A DNA stretch of 40,392 bases, from positions 1 to 40,392 of IMG/VR virus record IMGVR_UViG_3300020044_007928; one strand, written 5' to 3'. The notes below the pieces were generated by a model. That model searched no databases. It saw nothing but the letters and a program-made list of their open reading frames with translations, and was not told the DNA's origin. Origin of the DNA: a virus. Taxonomy: Duplodnaviria; Caudoviricetes. Each line of letters starts with the position of its first letter. The first letter of the stretch is position 1. A program made the position numbers and the translations under genes. Below, in pieces: positions 19,077 through 28,506 of this stretch.

Positions 19077-20408
19077 ATGAATCCTGTTAAGATTCGCAGC
19101 CTCTTTGAATCTCGCTCAAAACAAAGCAATGGCCGGTGGCGCTTTCTCACCGAGATGAAGCAAGGCCTAGGATTGTGCGACGCCAACGGCAACGACCACA
19201 GGGATCTTGCGGGCAACCGCATCCTAAAAGAGCGCGCCCTTCGCCCCGAATCTTTCAGCCTCAGCGAGCTGGCCGAGGGAATCGTCGGGCCATCATGGCG
19301 CAGTTTGTTTGCGCCAGACAGCCAAGCCTTGAACCGCTACACGACGGCCCGCGCCCTGCTCGACACCGGCGACCCGCGGAACCTGCTTGAAAACACCGGC
19401 GTGGGTATCGACCCAACCGCGTTCTTGAACATCAACACGTTTACTTCGGTAGTGGGTGGGCTTGTCGAGGTAAAGATCCTCGAGGCCTTCAGCAACCCGT
19501 CTTTGATCGCCGACAAGCTTATGCCCGCGGAGCCCACCAAGCTTAACGGACAGAAAATCATCGGTATTAGCCGGATTGGCGACAAGGCCAAGGAACGCAA
19601 ACCTGGAGAGCCTCACCCACGCGCGCAATTCGGCGAGAAATGGGTACAGACCCCCGAAACCGCAGAGTTCGCCCTTGCGGTGGAAGTTTCCAAGGAAGCC
19701 GTCTTCTACGACTTGTCCGGGCAGGTTCTTCAATCCGCGGCGGCGGTGGGCGATGAAATCGCATACCGAAAAGAGCTTCGGGTGATCGACCTCTTTATCG
19801 GCGCGGCCAACTCTTTCAATTGGTCCGGAAGCGCCTATAACACGTACCAGACAAGCCGGACCCTTGGCTACCTGAATGACCACTCCAACCCGCTCACGGA
19901 CTGGACGGCTATTCAAGCGGCCATGATGCTGTTCATGCGTCAGGAAGACCCGGCAACCGGCAAGCGTATTTTGACCAAGCCGGATACGATTGTTGTGAAT
20001 CCGGCGCGCATCGCAACGGCCAATTTGATTATGGCAGCAACCAGCACCGAGCGCAGAACCGGAGCCGGCGCAACAACCCCACAGACAACGAGCAACCCCT
20101 TGAACGTATCAGTGAGCCCCGGCGCACCGTATACGGGCATGGAGATTATCACCTCCCCATTGCTTGAACAGCGCTGCATTGCAGCCGACGGCTTGAACAT
20201 CTCGCAAGCCAACGCCGACGAGTATTGGTGGGCTTTTGAGAGTGGCAAGGCCTTCCGTTATATGCAGAACTACCCTCTCAGCGTCAGCCAAGCGGCGCCG
20301 AATCAGTACGAAATGTTGGACCGCGGTATTGTTGCGGCTTACTTCGCCAATGAGAGGGGCGTACCATCGGTGTGGAGCCCTTGGCACATCGTCAGGAACA
20401 AGAACTAA
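19077..20408 (+). CDS. Major capsid protein (HK97 fold)
   Basis: 443 aa, position in head operon, ERKPGEPHP..FGE / VEVSKEAVFYD pattern of Mu-T-like capsids. Confidence 0.8.
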   Translation: MNPVKIRSLFESRSKQSNGRWRFLTEMKQGLGLCDANGNDHRDLAGNRILKERALRPESFSLSELAEGIVGPSWRSLFAPDSQALNRYTTARALLDTGDPRNLLENTGVGIDPTAFLNINTFTSVVGGLVEVKILEAFSNPSLIADKLMPAEPTKLNGQKIIGISRIGDKAKERKPGEPHPRAQFGEKWVQTPETAEFALAVEVSKEAVFYDLSGQVLQSAAAVGDEIAYRKELRVIDLFIGAANSFNWSGSAYNTYQTSRTLGYLNDHSNPLTDWTAIQAAMMLFMRQEDPATGKRILTKPDTIVVNPARIATANLIMAATSTERRTGAGATTPQTTSNPLNVSVSPGAPYTGMEIITSPLLEQRCIAADGLNISQANADEYWWAFESGKAFRYMQNYPLSVSQAAPNQYEMLDRGIVAAYFANERGVPSVWSPWHIVRNKN

Positions 20409-20626
20409 TGAGCGCAGTACCAGCGAAGCAACCCAAGCAAGCACCGGCGGCAGAAGCGGCCCCGGTGCTTCGCATTTACGAAGTCTCCGGGCAGTTCACT
20501 CCGCGGCGCCTAGTGGAAGCTTTTAACACCGTAGACGCCAAGCGGCGCTATTGCGATATGTACAGTCTCGCCCATTCGCGCCCCCTTGTGGTAGTGGAGC
20601 CAGACCATGCCAACACCGGCGGATGA
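20408..20626 (+). CDS. Hypothetical small protein
   Basis: TAATG overlap with the capsid gene stop. Confidence 0.55.
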   Translation: MSAVPAKQPKQAPAAEAAPVLRIYEVSGQFTPRRLVEAFNTVDAKRRYCDMYSLAHSRPLVVVEPDHANTGG

Positions 20627-20828
20627 TATCGGCGCGGCCATCGCAAATGTGGCGGCGCAGATTCGAGAGATAACAACCCAGCCCAAACCCGACTATTCGG
20701 TGGGTGGCCAGTCGATATCGTGGGGAAGCTACCTTTCCATGCTCACCGAGCAATTGCAGAAATTGCAGGCGGCACAGCAGAGCCTAGCGGGCCCGTTCCA
20801 AAAGGTTACACGGATGCGGCCCATATGA
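20607..20828 (+). CDS. gpW-like head completion protein
   Basis: Helix-YSVGGQSISW-helix pattern. Confidence 0.6.
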   Translation: MPTPADDIGAAIANVAAQIREITTQPKPDYSVGGQSISWGSYLSMLTEQLQKLQAAQQSLAGPFQKVTRMRPI

Positions 20829-21145
20829 AAACGGCCATCATCGACACCTCCACAAGCGGAAATAACGTAATCTTGTCGGGCATTCCCGGCAAGAGGTTTC
20901 GCGTTTACGCTTATATTTTGTTTTCGTCGGCGAACAATTATTATATATGGAAGTCAGGCGCCACCGCATTGAGTGGGCAATTGCACATGAGCGCCAGCAG
21001 CAGCGCGGCAATTCACCTTGGCGACAATTGGCCCGCGGGTGGAATGCCGGTGCTCCAAACGGGAGTCGGCGAAGATTTGATCCTATATTCCAATGGTGCC
21101 CATATTGCGGGTGGACATATCACCTATGGGGAGGTTTTGGCGTGA
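20825..21145 (+). CDS. Small beta-rich virion protein (paralogue of 35160..35480)
   Basis: MKTAII..SGNNVI..PGKRFRV..LSG..QT..GEDL.L aligns by eye with the 35160 product. Confidence 0.7.
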   Translation: MKTAIIDTSTSGNNVILSGIPGKRFRVYAYILFSSANNYYIWKSGATALSGQLHMSASSSAAIHLGDNWPAGGMPVLQTGVGEDLILYSNGAHIAGGHITYGEVLA

Positions 21146-21600
21146 ACCTTTCCATCGGGGTGGCACAGGCCTTTGCAGCGCTCACCGGACCTGGCGGCAG
21201 GCCCACCGAAGAGATGGACCAACGGCAGGCTAGTAAGCTGGCTCGCGCCGCGGTTTACCTTATGAGCCAACACCAGCGGCGCCTTAACAAGCCGGCGCCG
21301 GCAGTACGGGCCAACGGCAGGGTACGCTATACCGGCGCCTCACGGCCCGGAGAATATCCAAACAAGCGCACCGGATTCTTGCAAGCCAACGTAACATTCG
21401 CCCCGACAGACATTGCAGGCATTATTGCGGCGGGCAGGGTGCGCGTAGGACTGAGAAGGAACGCCTTCTACGGTGCAGTGTTGGAAGTACGATACCGGCG
21501 CCTTGGGCTCAAAGATACATTGCAAGACCTGCTCCCACAGCTTCAGGCCATTACCGGGCAGGGGCTACAATACCAAGTGACAGATTCGTTCATTAACTAA
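21142..21600 (+). CDS. Neck/tail completion protein (HK97 gp10-like)
   Basis: ASRPGEYPNKRTGFLQ...YGAVLE motif; GGAGG SD before the GTG. Confidence 0.6.
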   Translation: MNLSIGVAQAFAALTGPGGRPTEEMDQRQASKLARAAVYLMSQHQRRLNKPAPAVRANGRVRYTGASRPGEYPNKRTGFLQANVTFAPTDIAGIIAAGRVRVGLRRNAFYGAVLEVRYRRLGLKDTLQDLLPQLQAITGQGLQYQVTDSFIN

Positions 21601-21613
21601 GGGAGGTTTCGTT

Positions 21614-22030
21614 ATGCCAAGCCTGATTTACAATTCATGCCTCGATGATACGGTTCGCGGCGCGATTGATTTTGACACCGACACCTTCAAGATGATTCTC
21701 GTAACGTCTAGTTACACCGCGGCCAAGACTCACGCCAAGCGCTCAGACGTTACCAACGAAGTCTCTGGCACCGGCTACACCACCGGCGGCAACGCGGCGG
21801 CGGCGACCTGCACCAAAGACAACACAAACAACCGCGAGGACATCACCTTCGCAATCACGTCTTGGACTACGGCAACCATCACAGCCCGCGCCGGTGTGAT
21901 TTACAAATCTCGCGGCGGCCTTGCAAGCGCCGATGAACTGGTGGCCTACGTGGACTTCGGCACCGACGTGACCAGCACCGCCGGCACGTTTTCGGTGACG
22001 ATCTCAAGCCCGCTACGCTTCCAGAACTAA
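21614..22030 (+). CDS. Tail/fibre-associated structural protein
   Basis: GAIDFDTDTFKMILV...NEVSGTGYTTGG...LVAYVDFG pattern seen before phage fibre genes; GGAGG SD. Confidence 0.65.
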   Translation: MPSLIYNSCLDDTVRGAIDFDTDTFKMILVTSSYTAAKTHAKRSDVTNEVSGTGYTTGGNAAAATCTKDNTNNREDITFAITSWTTATITARAGVIYKSRGGLASADELVAYVDFGTDVTSTAGTFSVTISSPLRFQN

Positions 22031-22048
22031 TAGCCTGGAGCGCGTTTC

Positions 22049-24058
22049 ATGGCGCTTACCCATCATTACCTATTTGATACCGCTACAGGGTTTGCTGATT
22101 CTATCGGATCAGCAAACCTTACTGCTGTTTTAGGTAGCATCGGATCTTCTGGAAAAATCAATCAATGTTGTGATTGGACCTTTAGCGGCGGATCAGCGGC
22201 GGCGACAGCAACTGGAGTATTGCCTTCAAGCGGCAGTGCGTTTTCGGTGGCGTTTTGGTTGAAAACTACCACTTCTTCTATGGTAGATGGAAAATTTATT
22301 TACAATAATTCAACCGGCTTCAATATCGCCTTTCTTGCAACCGGAGGAGCTGTTGATCGTTTTCTTGTTCAGTTTTCATCAGCGTCAATGTTTTATGAAA
22401 TTCAAGACGTAATCTCTGTAACTTATAGCAATTTTAACCATTTTGTAGTTACTTATGACGGAACCGGAACATGGAAAACATATTGCAACGGTAGCTTAAC
22501 AGGCACCACAGCAACAATGGGGGCGCCACAAACAAGCGGCGCCTTTATGGTGGGTCCGGGCTGGAATACGACATCGTCAATGGATGATTTGCGAATCTAT
22601 GATAATGCTATTGATGCAACAGAAGTGGCATTTGTTTACAATAGCGGAACAGGAACTCAAGCGGCAAGCCCTGGCGCGGCAACCGGCGCCGGCGTAACGG
22701 TTACCATGACAGCCCCAGCCGGGGCGGCAGTCGTCCCAACCAATGGATCGGCGACGGGTGCAGGCGCCACAGTCGCGATGACGGCGCCGGCGGGAACGGC
22801 AAGCGCTGCAACCAACGGATCGGCAACCGGCACGGGGCGCACCGTCACCATGGTGGCACCAGCCGGATTGGCCCGCACGTCTTGGATTACCGAGCCCATA
22901 CCAGCCGTTACCATGGTGCCACCCGAAGGCCGGGTGCGGATCGGCGCCGAAACCATCGGGCCCACCATCCTGGTGACAATACCGCCGGCAGGCCTCGGCG
23001 CCGGCGGCGGATCGGCTAGCGGCACGGGGCGAACCGTCACGCTATCGGCGCCGGCAGGATCGGCAACGGGCATCGCGGCAAGCTCCGGCACCCTCGGCAC
23101 GGTGGCCATGACGGCGTCGGCAGGAACTGCGGCAGGATCGGCGGCGGCCAGTGGAGCGCCTGGCACCGTACCGGTAACGGCGCCCACCGGCGGCGCAACC
23201 GGAACGGCAGCTATAGCGGCAGCCTTGGCAACCGTTACGGTGACGACTACCGCCGGAAGCGCAATTGGCACCGCGGCGGCAAGCGGAGCGCTTGCAACCA
23301 TAGCGGTAAGCACTACCGCCGGAAGTGCAAGCGGAACAGCAGCAGCCACCGGCGCGGGGCGAACCGTAGCGGTATCGGCACCCGCCGGCACCCTGACAGC
23401 CTCGGCGACAACAGCCGGAGCCTTGGCAACCGTCACGATGACGGCGCCGACAGCGACAAGAACCGGCAGCGCAACGGCAAGCCCGGCAGGCGTGACGGTA
23501 ACGGTAGCGGCGCCGGCAGGTGGATCAATCGGCACGGCAAACGGCACCGGAGCAATAAGCACGGCAACCATGACGGCACCTGGCGGAGCGGCCCGAGTAT
23601 CGGTATCGGCAGCCGGAAGCCTTCCAACGGTGGCCATGACGACGGCGGCGGGAGCTGCAACCGGCACGGCATCCACAACCGGCGGCGGCGCAACGGTGGC
23701 CATGGCGGCACCGGCAGGCGTGGCCCGGGCCTCAGTGATTGCAGCCGGCGCACCTGGCACGGTGACCATGACGGCAACCGCCGGCAGCGCCACCGGCACC
23801 CTTACGGCGCCCCTTGCCACCATCGCCATGGTGGCACCTACCGGCGCAGCCTTGGCCATTGTGCGCGGTATCGGCGCCCTTGGAACGGTGACCATAACGG
23901 CACCCGGCGCCGGCACCATAACGGCCAACGCCACCGGGAACCCTTCCGGGGTAACGGTGTCGGTTATCGCTCCGGCGGCGCGGGTGGCACCGATCACAAC
24001 TGGCGGCGGTACTAGCGTCTCAACATATGACCTGCGAAGGGCGGGTACTAATCTATGA
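22049..24058 (+). CDS. LamG/ConA-like lectin domain + Ala/Thr/Gly-rich repeat stalk (adhesin/fibre)
   Basis: FSVAFWLK..FNHFVVTYDG..YCNG..MDDLRIYDNAI LamG motifs; ~21-aa repeats of type GxAxGAxxTVxMTAPAG. Confidence 0.8.
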   Translation: MALTHHYLFDTATGFADSIGSANLTAVLGSIGSSGKINQCCDWTFSGGSAAATATGVLPSSGSAFSVAFWLKTTTSSMVDGKFIYNNSTGFNIAFLATGGAVDRFLVQFSSASMFYEIQDVISVTYSNFNHFVVTYDGTGTWKTYCNGSLTGTTATMGAPQTSGAFMVGPGWNTTSSMDDLRIYDNAIDATEVAFVYNSGTGTQAASPGAATGAGVTVTMTAPAGAAVVPTNGSATGAGATVAMTAPAGTASAATNGSATGTGRTVTMVAPAGLARTSWITEPIPAVTMVPPEGRVRIGAETIGPTILVTIPPAGLGAGGGSASGTGRTVTLSAPAGSATGIAASSGTLGTVAMTASAGTAAGSAAASGAPGTVPVTAPTGGATGTAAIAAALATVTVTTTAGSAIGTAAASGALATIAVSTTAGSASGTAAATGAGRTVAVSAPAGTLTASATTAGALATVTMTAPTATRTGSATASPAGVTVTVAAPAGGSIGTANGTGAISTATMTAPGGAARVSVSAAGSLPTVAMTTAAGAATGTASTTGGGATVAMAAPAGVARASVIAAGAPGTVTMTATAGSATGTLTAPLATIAMVAPTGAALAIVRGIGALGTVTITAPGAGTITANATGNPSGVTVSVIAPAARVAPITTGGGTSVSTYDLRRAGTNL

Positions 24059-24666
24059 TGACCTACTATGTGGGCGACGTGGTACGGTTAGAAACTGTTT
24101 TCAAGAACAGGGACGGAAGCCTCACCGATCCCGCGGTGACCCTTACCATTGAACCGCCCACCGCGGCAACCATTACGCTTACCGGCGCCAGTATTACCCG
24201 AGTTTCGGTGGGCGTCTACCGCTACGACTACACTACCACCGAGCCCGGCGCGGTTATGTATACGTGGGCCGGCACCGGCGCGGCCTTCGGCTCTAGGCTT
24301 GGAACCTTCCGCGTTGAAACCGCGGCGCCGGCGCGCCTGTTTCAGTGGAGCCCCGCCGGCGATCATATGGTAGTAGATAACCTCGAGATAGTGACCCTGA
24401 TTCAGCGAGACGGCACCACCATCCGGATACCGCGGGCACTCCGGCTACCTGGTACGGTGGACCTAGCAGATGCCGGCAGTATGTCGGCATATGGCAACGC
24501 TACCCAGTGGATCATATGGGGAGCAGATTGTCCCGCGGCGCCACAGACTAACGGCGCCCTTGTCGATGTATACGGCAACCGGTTTCGCATCAATCGAGTT
24601 TCGCATACGGTGCATTCCAATTGCTGGGAAGTGGAAACAACAGCCGACGCGGGGGAAACGTTTTGA
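24055..24666 (+). CDS. Structural protein (Ig-like N-domain + head-closure-like C-domain)
   Basis: VGDVVRL..F....G.LTDP..GVYRYDY pattern; position among neck genes. Confidence 0.6.
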   Translation: MMTYYVGDVVRLETVFKNRDGSLTDPAVTLTIEPPTAATITLTGASITRVSVGVYRYDYTTTEPGAVMYTWAGTGAAFGSRLGTFRVETAAPARLFQWSPAGDHMVVDNLEIVTLIQRDGTTIRIPRALRLPGTVDLADAGSMSAYGNATQWIIWGADCPAAPQTNGALVDVYGNRFRINRVSHTVHSNCWEVETTADAGETF

Positions 24667-25091
24667 GCAAGTTCAGCGACATACTTGGCGCGGTTAAAAC
24701 AGCCTTGGCAACCGTCGGAGTGCCGGTGGTAATACGCAAGCGAGCCATCTTTCTTGAAGGCGACAAGCTTCCGTTGATTGTGGTCTCACCGGGGCGGGAA
24801 TCAGTAAGCATGGAAACGTTTGGCGGGAACGTGAATTACGATTACACGGTGAACGTTACCATGGTGCAGGCCGGAAACCGCATTCATGAACCCGACGTGG
24901 TGGCGTGGTTGGATCTGCGCGAGAATGTGCGGAATGCCTTGTACAAGGTGGCGCTTGCAGGCGTGGCAAGCGTGTTTGATACAATGATTGAGACATCGCC
25001 AGCCTTGGAGGTAGTCTCGGGCAGCGTGAACAATTACGACGTTTCAGGAATGACCATGACCTACCGCAGCCTAGAAGCGCGGGCAAGCTAA
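24663..25091 (+). CDS. Putative tail terminator
   Basis: Size and position directly before tail tube; LPLIVVSPG..E motif; TTG start overlapping the previous stop. Confidence 0.55.
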   Translation: MSKFSDILGAVKTALATVGVPVVIRKRAIFLEGDKLPLIVVSPGRESVSMETFGGNVNYDYTVNVTMVQAGNRIHEPDVVAWLDLRENVRNALYKVALAGVASVFDTMIETSPALEVVSGSVNNYDVSGMTMTYRSLEARAS

Positions 25092-25103
25092 GGGGGGGAT
25101 ATC

Positions 25104-25475
25104 ATGCCGGTGACGAGTACCAGTTTCGCCCATGGAAAAACGGGCAGCGTATTGGTGAACGGCGCTTCGCAGCCCCTCACCGATTGGAGCGTGGACTTCA
25201 AATCAGACGCGGTGGAAGTTACCAACTTCCTTTCCGAAGGCGTCACGGAAAACGTTGCCGGCATCGCATCGGCAGACGTTTCAGCCAGTGGACCCTATGA
25301 CGGCACCGCCGGCGCTTCGCCCGGGCAGGATGTGACGTTCTTCCTCGGCGTGGGCGGCGCCGGCTTCACAGTCAAGGCCCGCATCACGTCGGTAAAGGTT
25401 GATCTATCGGTGAAAGATGTGGCCAAAGTTTCTTACAGCGCAACTAGCAACGGCATCTTCTCCGCGAGCCCCTGA
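25104..25475 (+). CDS. Tail tube protein 1
   Basis: GKTGSV..LTDWSV..VEVTNF..ENVAGI tail-tube pattern. Confidence 0.7.
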   Translation: MPVTSTSFAHGKTGSVLVNGASQPLTDWSVDFKSDAVEVTNFLSEGVTENVAGIASADVSASGPYDGTAGASPGQDVTFFLGVGGAGFTVKARITSVKVDLSVKDVAKVSYSATSNGIFSASP

Positions 25476-25837
25476 TGCCAGTTTTACCGGGGAAAACCGG
25501 GTTTATTTCAGTGGCGGGAGCTAGGCTCCCGTTCACCACGTGGTCGATTAAATTGCAAAACGAAATCGAGGACGTCACCAACGCGGTGGAAGGCGCAACG
25601 ATTGTGAGCCTTCCGAACATCTCGTCTATCGACATAACAGCCGAGGGATTTTGGCCCGGCACCCTCGGAATTCGGGAAGGCACCGTGTACACGTTTGGAT
25701 TCGGTGCAACCAGCGCCGGGCCCGTGTTCGCCATTACCGCTATGGTGCGAGATCTTACAATTACCCAAGACGTGCGCGGGGTGGCCAAGTTTTCCATCAC
25801 GGCACAGAGCACCGGCAACTTCATAATCTTATTCTAG
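25475..25837 (+). CDS. Tail tube-like protein 2 (paralogue)
   Basis: GKTGFI..FTTWSI..EDVTN..GVAKFSITAQSTG aligns with tube 1. Confidence 0.65.
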   Translation: MPVLPGKTGFISVAGARLPFTTWSIKLQNEIEDVTNAVEGATIVSLPNISSIDITAEGFWPGTLGIREGTVYTFGFGATSAGPVFAITAMVRDLTITQDVRGVAKFSITAQSTGNFIILF

Positions 25838-25845
25838 GTGGCGCA

Positions 25846-26397
25846 GTGGCAACAATCTCCGAAGCACTTGGCGCGCATGCAGCACCGCGGGAAATCAGCC
25901 TTGGCGGCAGGCTCTACCGGTTTGGCTTAATTACCCAGCGCGTGAAATCAGAATACGAGCGCTTTCTTACCGGCGCGGCCATGCAAGCGATCACAGACTT
26001 CCGCGAAGTCTTGGGCGAGGACGGTTATTCTAAGAGCCTCGACGGAATCCGGCGCGACATCGCCTCCGGTGTGTTCAGTTGGAACGGCCCAACGTTTGCG
26101 GCAAGCCTTGGAACGGTGCGCGGGGTATCTCAGCTATTGGCGAGCGTTTCATTCGACGTGAGCGCCGGCAGGCCCTGCACCGCGGATGAAATCGTGAGCC
26201 TCACCGTTGAACACGACGTGGAATTGAAACACTTATTTCAAACAATCTTGGAAGAGTCATTCCCGCAAAAAAAAACGACGACGGCGCCACCGGTGCAGAG
26301 CCAACAGGCCCAGCCATCCCGCCCAACGCGTGGGCGCTCTACGCCAACCTCACCGGCGAACCGTACCAACTCACGTTTGCCCAGATCGCAGAACTAA
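25846..26397 (+). CDS. Tail assembly chaperone (gpG-like)
   Basis: Between tube and tape measure; contains slippery C-AAAAAAAAA at 26266-26275 (FPQKK). Confidence 0.7.
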   Translation: MATISEALGAHAAPREISLGGRLYRFGLITQRVKSEYERFLTGAAMQAITDFREVLGEDGYSKSLDGIRRDIASGVFSWNGPTFAASLGTVRGVSQLLASVSFDVSAGRPCTADEIVSLTVEHDVELKHLFQTILEESFPQKKTTTAPPVQSQQAQPSRPTRGRSTPTSPANRTNSRLPRSQN

Positions 26398-26621
26398 CCG
26401 ACAGGCAGATCATAGAATGTTATTATCGACCCCGTGACAAGGATGGCGCCCCGTTACCGGTACCGGTGGAGCATGAGGAAGCGGTGCTGACACCGGCGCA
26501 ACAATTGGAGCGAGAACGGCTAGAATACTTCGCAATGGGAATCAGTCTAGGGATTAATCAGGCCCAGCTCGAAGCGGCGTGGCAGAAGAAAACGGGGAAC
26601 AACCATGGCGGCCAGCATTGA
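26265..26621 (+). CDS. -1 frameshift extension of the chaperone (gpGT-like)
   Basis: -1 frame is open from the A-run to TGA 26619-26621: KKNDDGATG...LTFAQIAELTDRQII...; overlaps the tape measure start; missing from the ORF track. Confidence 0.75.
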   Translation, partial: AKKNDDGATGAEPTGPAIPPNAWALYANLTGEPYQLTFAQIAELTDRQIIECYYRPRDKDGAPLPVPVEHEEAVLTPAQQLERERLEYFAMGISLGINQAQLEAAWQKKTGNNHGGQH

Positions 26622-28503
26622 CATGACGGCGGCAGGTGGGCCCGGTGGCGGCGCCGGTGGCCTCGGCGAGCTAATCACAGCCTTGGCGCGGTATTCGGCG
26701 GCGCTTGAAGCCATTGCCGGGAGTATGCCCGATGCCACAACAGGCCCGACGGCAGACACCGCGGATACGGGACGCAAGACCATGGCGGCGCCCGAAGCCG
26801 GCGGTGGTCTGTTTGCATCGGTGGGCGAGTTTTTCAAGCGTCAAGCCCCCATGGCAACGGCAATGGTGGCATGGTTGAAGAAGAAGCCACCGGCGACACC
26901 AACGCCGGAACAATCAGCCAAACCCGTAGTGGAAGCAATCAAAGAGCAGGAAGCGTCAACCGCGGCAGGAGCGGCAGACGCAACAGGCGCCCCAACCGTA
27001 GTCATCGACCCAGCGCTACAAGCGGCAATTGACGCCAACACCGCGGCGCAATTGGGGCTAGAGGAAGGCCTTGCCAAGCGCCAAGCAGCAGAGGCAACCG
27101 AAGCCGAAGCCATGGCGCAAGCCCTTCAGACGCCCACCCAAGCAATGGCCGACGCGCTTGACGAAGCGCGCAAGGCAACGGCGGCGGCGGCGGCAGAATA
27201 TCAGGCGGCAGTTCAGGCGGCGGCAGACGCAGATCAAGACCTGGCGGAAGCGCAAGAGGCAGCCAGCGCCAAGGCCTTGGCCCAGCGTAAAACAGACGCC
27301 AAGGCGGAACACGACGCAGCGCTCAAGGCCTTGGCGACACCTAAGGCAAAGGCGCCTAGCAGCTCTGGCCAAACATTGGCAACGCCAGCGGCACCGGGAG
27401 CAGCTCCGGCAGGTGGGGCAATGGCCAAGGCCGGCGGAGCAATAGTTAAGGCCGGCGGCGCGGCAATCGGAGCGGCTACCGGCGGCATTGCAGCCGGGGC
27501 GGCGGCATTGGCGGCGGCGCCGGTGGCGTTCCTTGAAATGGTGCAAGGCCTGGCGGGGAAGATTGGCTCATTCGTTGACGCGGTGAACCCGGGAATCATG
27601 GTGCAGCTGGACATGGCAACGCGGGACCTTACCGCGGTTATCGGTACAGCCCTGGCGCCGATCATGCAAGCCATTGTTCCAATTATCAAAGACCTGGCTT
27701 CCGCATTGCTACCGGTGGCGCGGTTGGTGGCGGAAACGTTTGGTCGAATCATCGAATCGCTTCAACCGGCAATCGACGCAATAACGGAAATTTTCTTCAT
27801 CGCGGCGGCAACCCTCATGCCTATCGTCGAAATGGTGGGGGACATATTTACAACCATCGCCCCGATATTTACCGCATTGGCGGCGGTGGCCAAGGCCATT
27901 TGGCTAGCATTTGGAACGCTGGTAACGGCGCTTGTCGGCATCATGCGAGACCTATTCGGTTTCAATGTGGGTGACGTCTTGAAGGACTTCGCCGAAGGCG
28001 TGCAGGTGGCGATGAATAACCTTGTGGCGGTATTGGTCCGCGGCATTGCAAGCCTTATGAAGTTTTTCGGGTTCACGTCGGCGCTTTCCAATCTCACCAA
28101 GTTTTTTAAGGGGCTAGCGGAGCCTAAGGCAAGCGCCGAAGGGATCGCGGCGGCGCAGAATGCACAGGTAAAAAGCATCGAATCGGTAGGCAGGGATGCG
28201 GCACTGGCCGCGGTTATTGCTTCGGTGGTTCCTGGTGGCAAGGCCGGCAAGAAGCCGGAAGACTTCTACGCGGACATGGTGGCGGAGCTGGAAGGCATCG
28301 GCGGCAACGGCACGGATTTGGTAGCGGCAATCAATGCCCTTCCGGCTAAGATCGCTAACAGCGTGGCAAGCCTGATTCCCAAACCCGTGAAATCGGCGGT
28401 GCAGGCGGTAGGCTCCGGCATTGCAACGGCATACGATTACACAATTGGCGCAGTGGGCCGCGGCATTGGCTCGGCAGCCGGCGCCCTCATTTACGGGAGC
28501 TAA
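26605..28503 (+). CDS. Tape measure protein
   Basis: Ala-rich helical protein with amphipathic ~11-aa periodicity (ALAPIMQAIVPIIKDLASALLPV); follows the chaperone. Confidence 0.8.
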   Translation: MAASIDMTAAGGPGGGAGGLGELITALARYSAALEAIAGSMPDATTGPTADTADTGRKTMAAPEAGGGLFASVGEFFKRQAPMATAMVAWLKKKPPATPTPEQSAKPVVEAIKEQEASTAAGAADATGAPTVVIDPALQAAIDANTAAQLGLEEGLAKRQAAEATEAEAMAQALQTPTQAMADALDEARKATAAAAAEYQAAVQAAADADQDLAEAQEAASAKALAQRKTDAKAEHDAALKALATPKAKAPSSSGQTLATPAAPGAAPAGGAMAKAGGAIVKAGGAAIGAATGGIAAGAAALAAAPVAFLEMVQGLAGKIGSFVDAVNPGIMVQLDMATRDLTAVIGTALAPIMQAIVPIIKDLASALLPVARLVAETFGRIIESLQPAIDAITEIFFIAAATLMPIVEMVGDIFTTIAPIFTALAAVAKAIWLAFGTLVTALVGIMRDLFGFNVGDVLKDFAEGVQVAMNNLVAVLVRGIASLMKFFGFTSALSNLTKFFKGLAEPKASAEGIAAAQNAQVKSIESVGRDAALAAVIASVVPGGKAGKKPEDFYADMVAELEGIGGNGTDLVAAINALPAKIANSVASLIPKPVKSAVQAVGSGIATAYDYTIGAVGRGIGSAAGALIYGS

Positions 28504-28506
28504 TCC

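Noticed and set aside
22657-23997. 446-aa minus-strand ORF
   Set aside because: Antisense shadow of the Ala/Thr/Gly repeat stalk; GC-rich repetitive codons lack stops on the reverse strand
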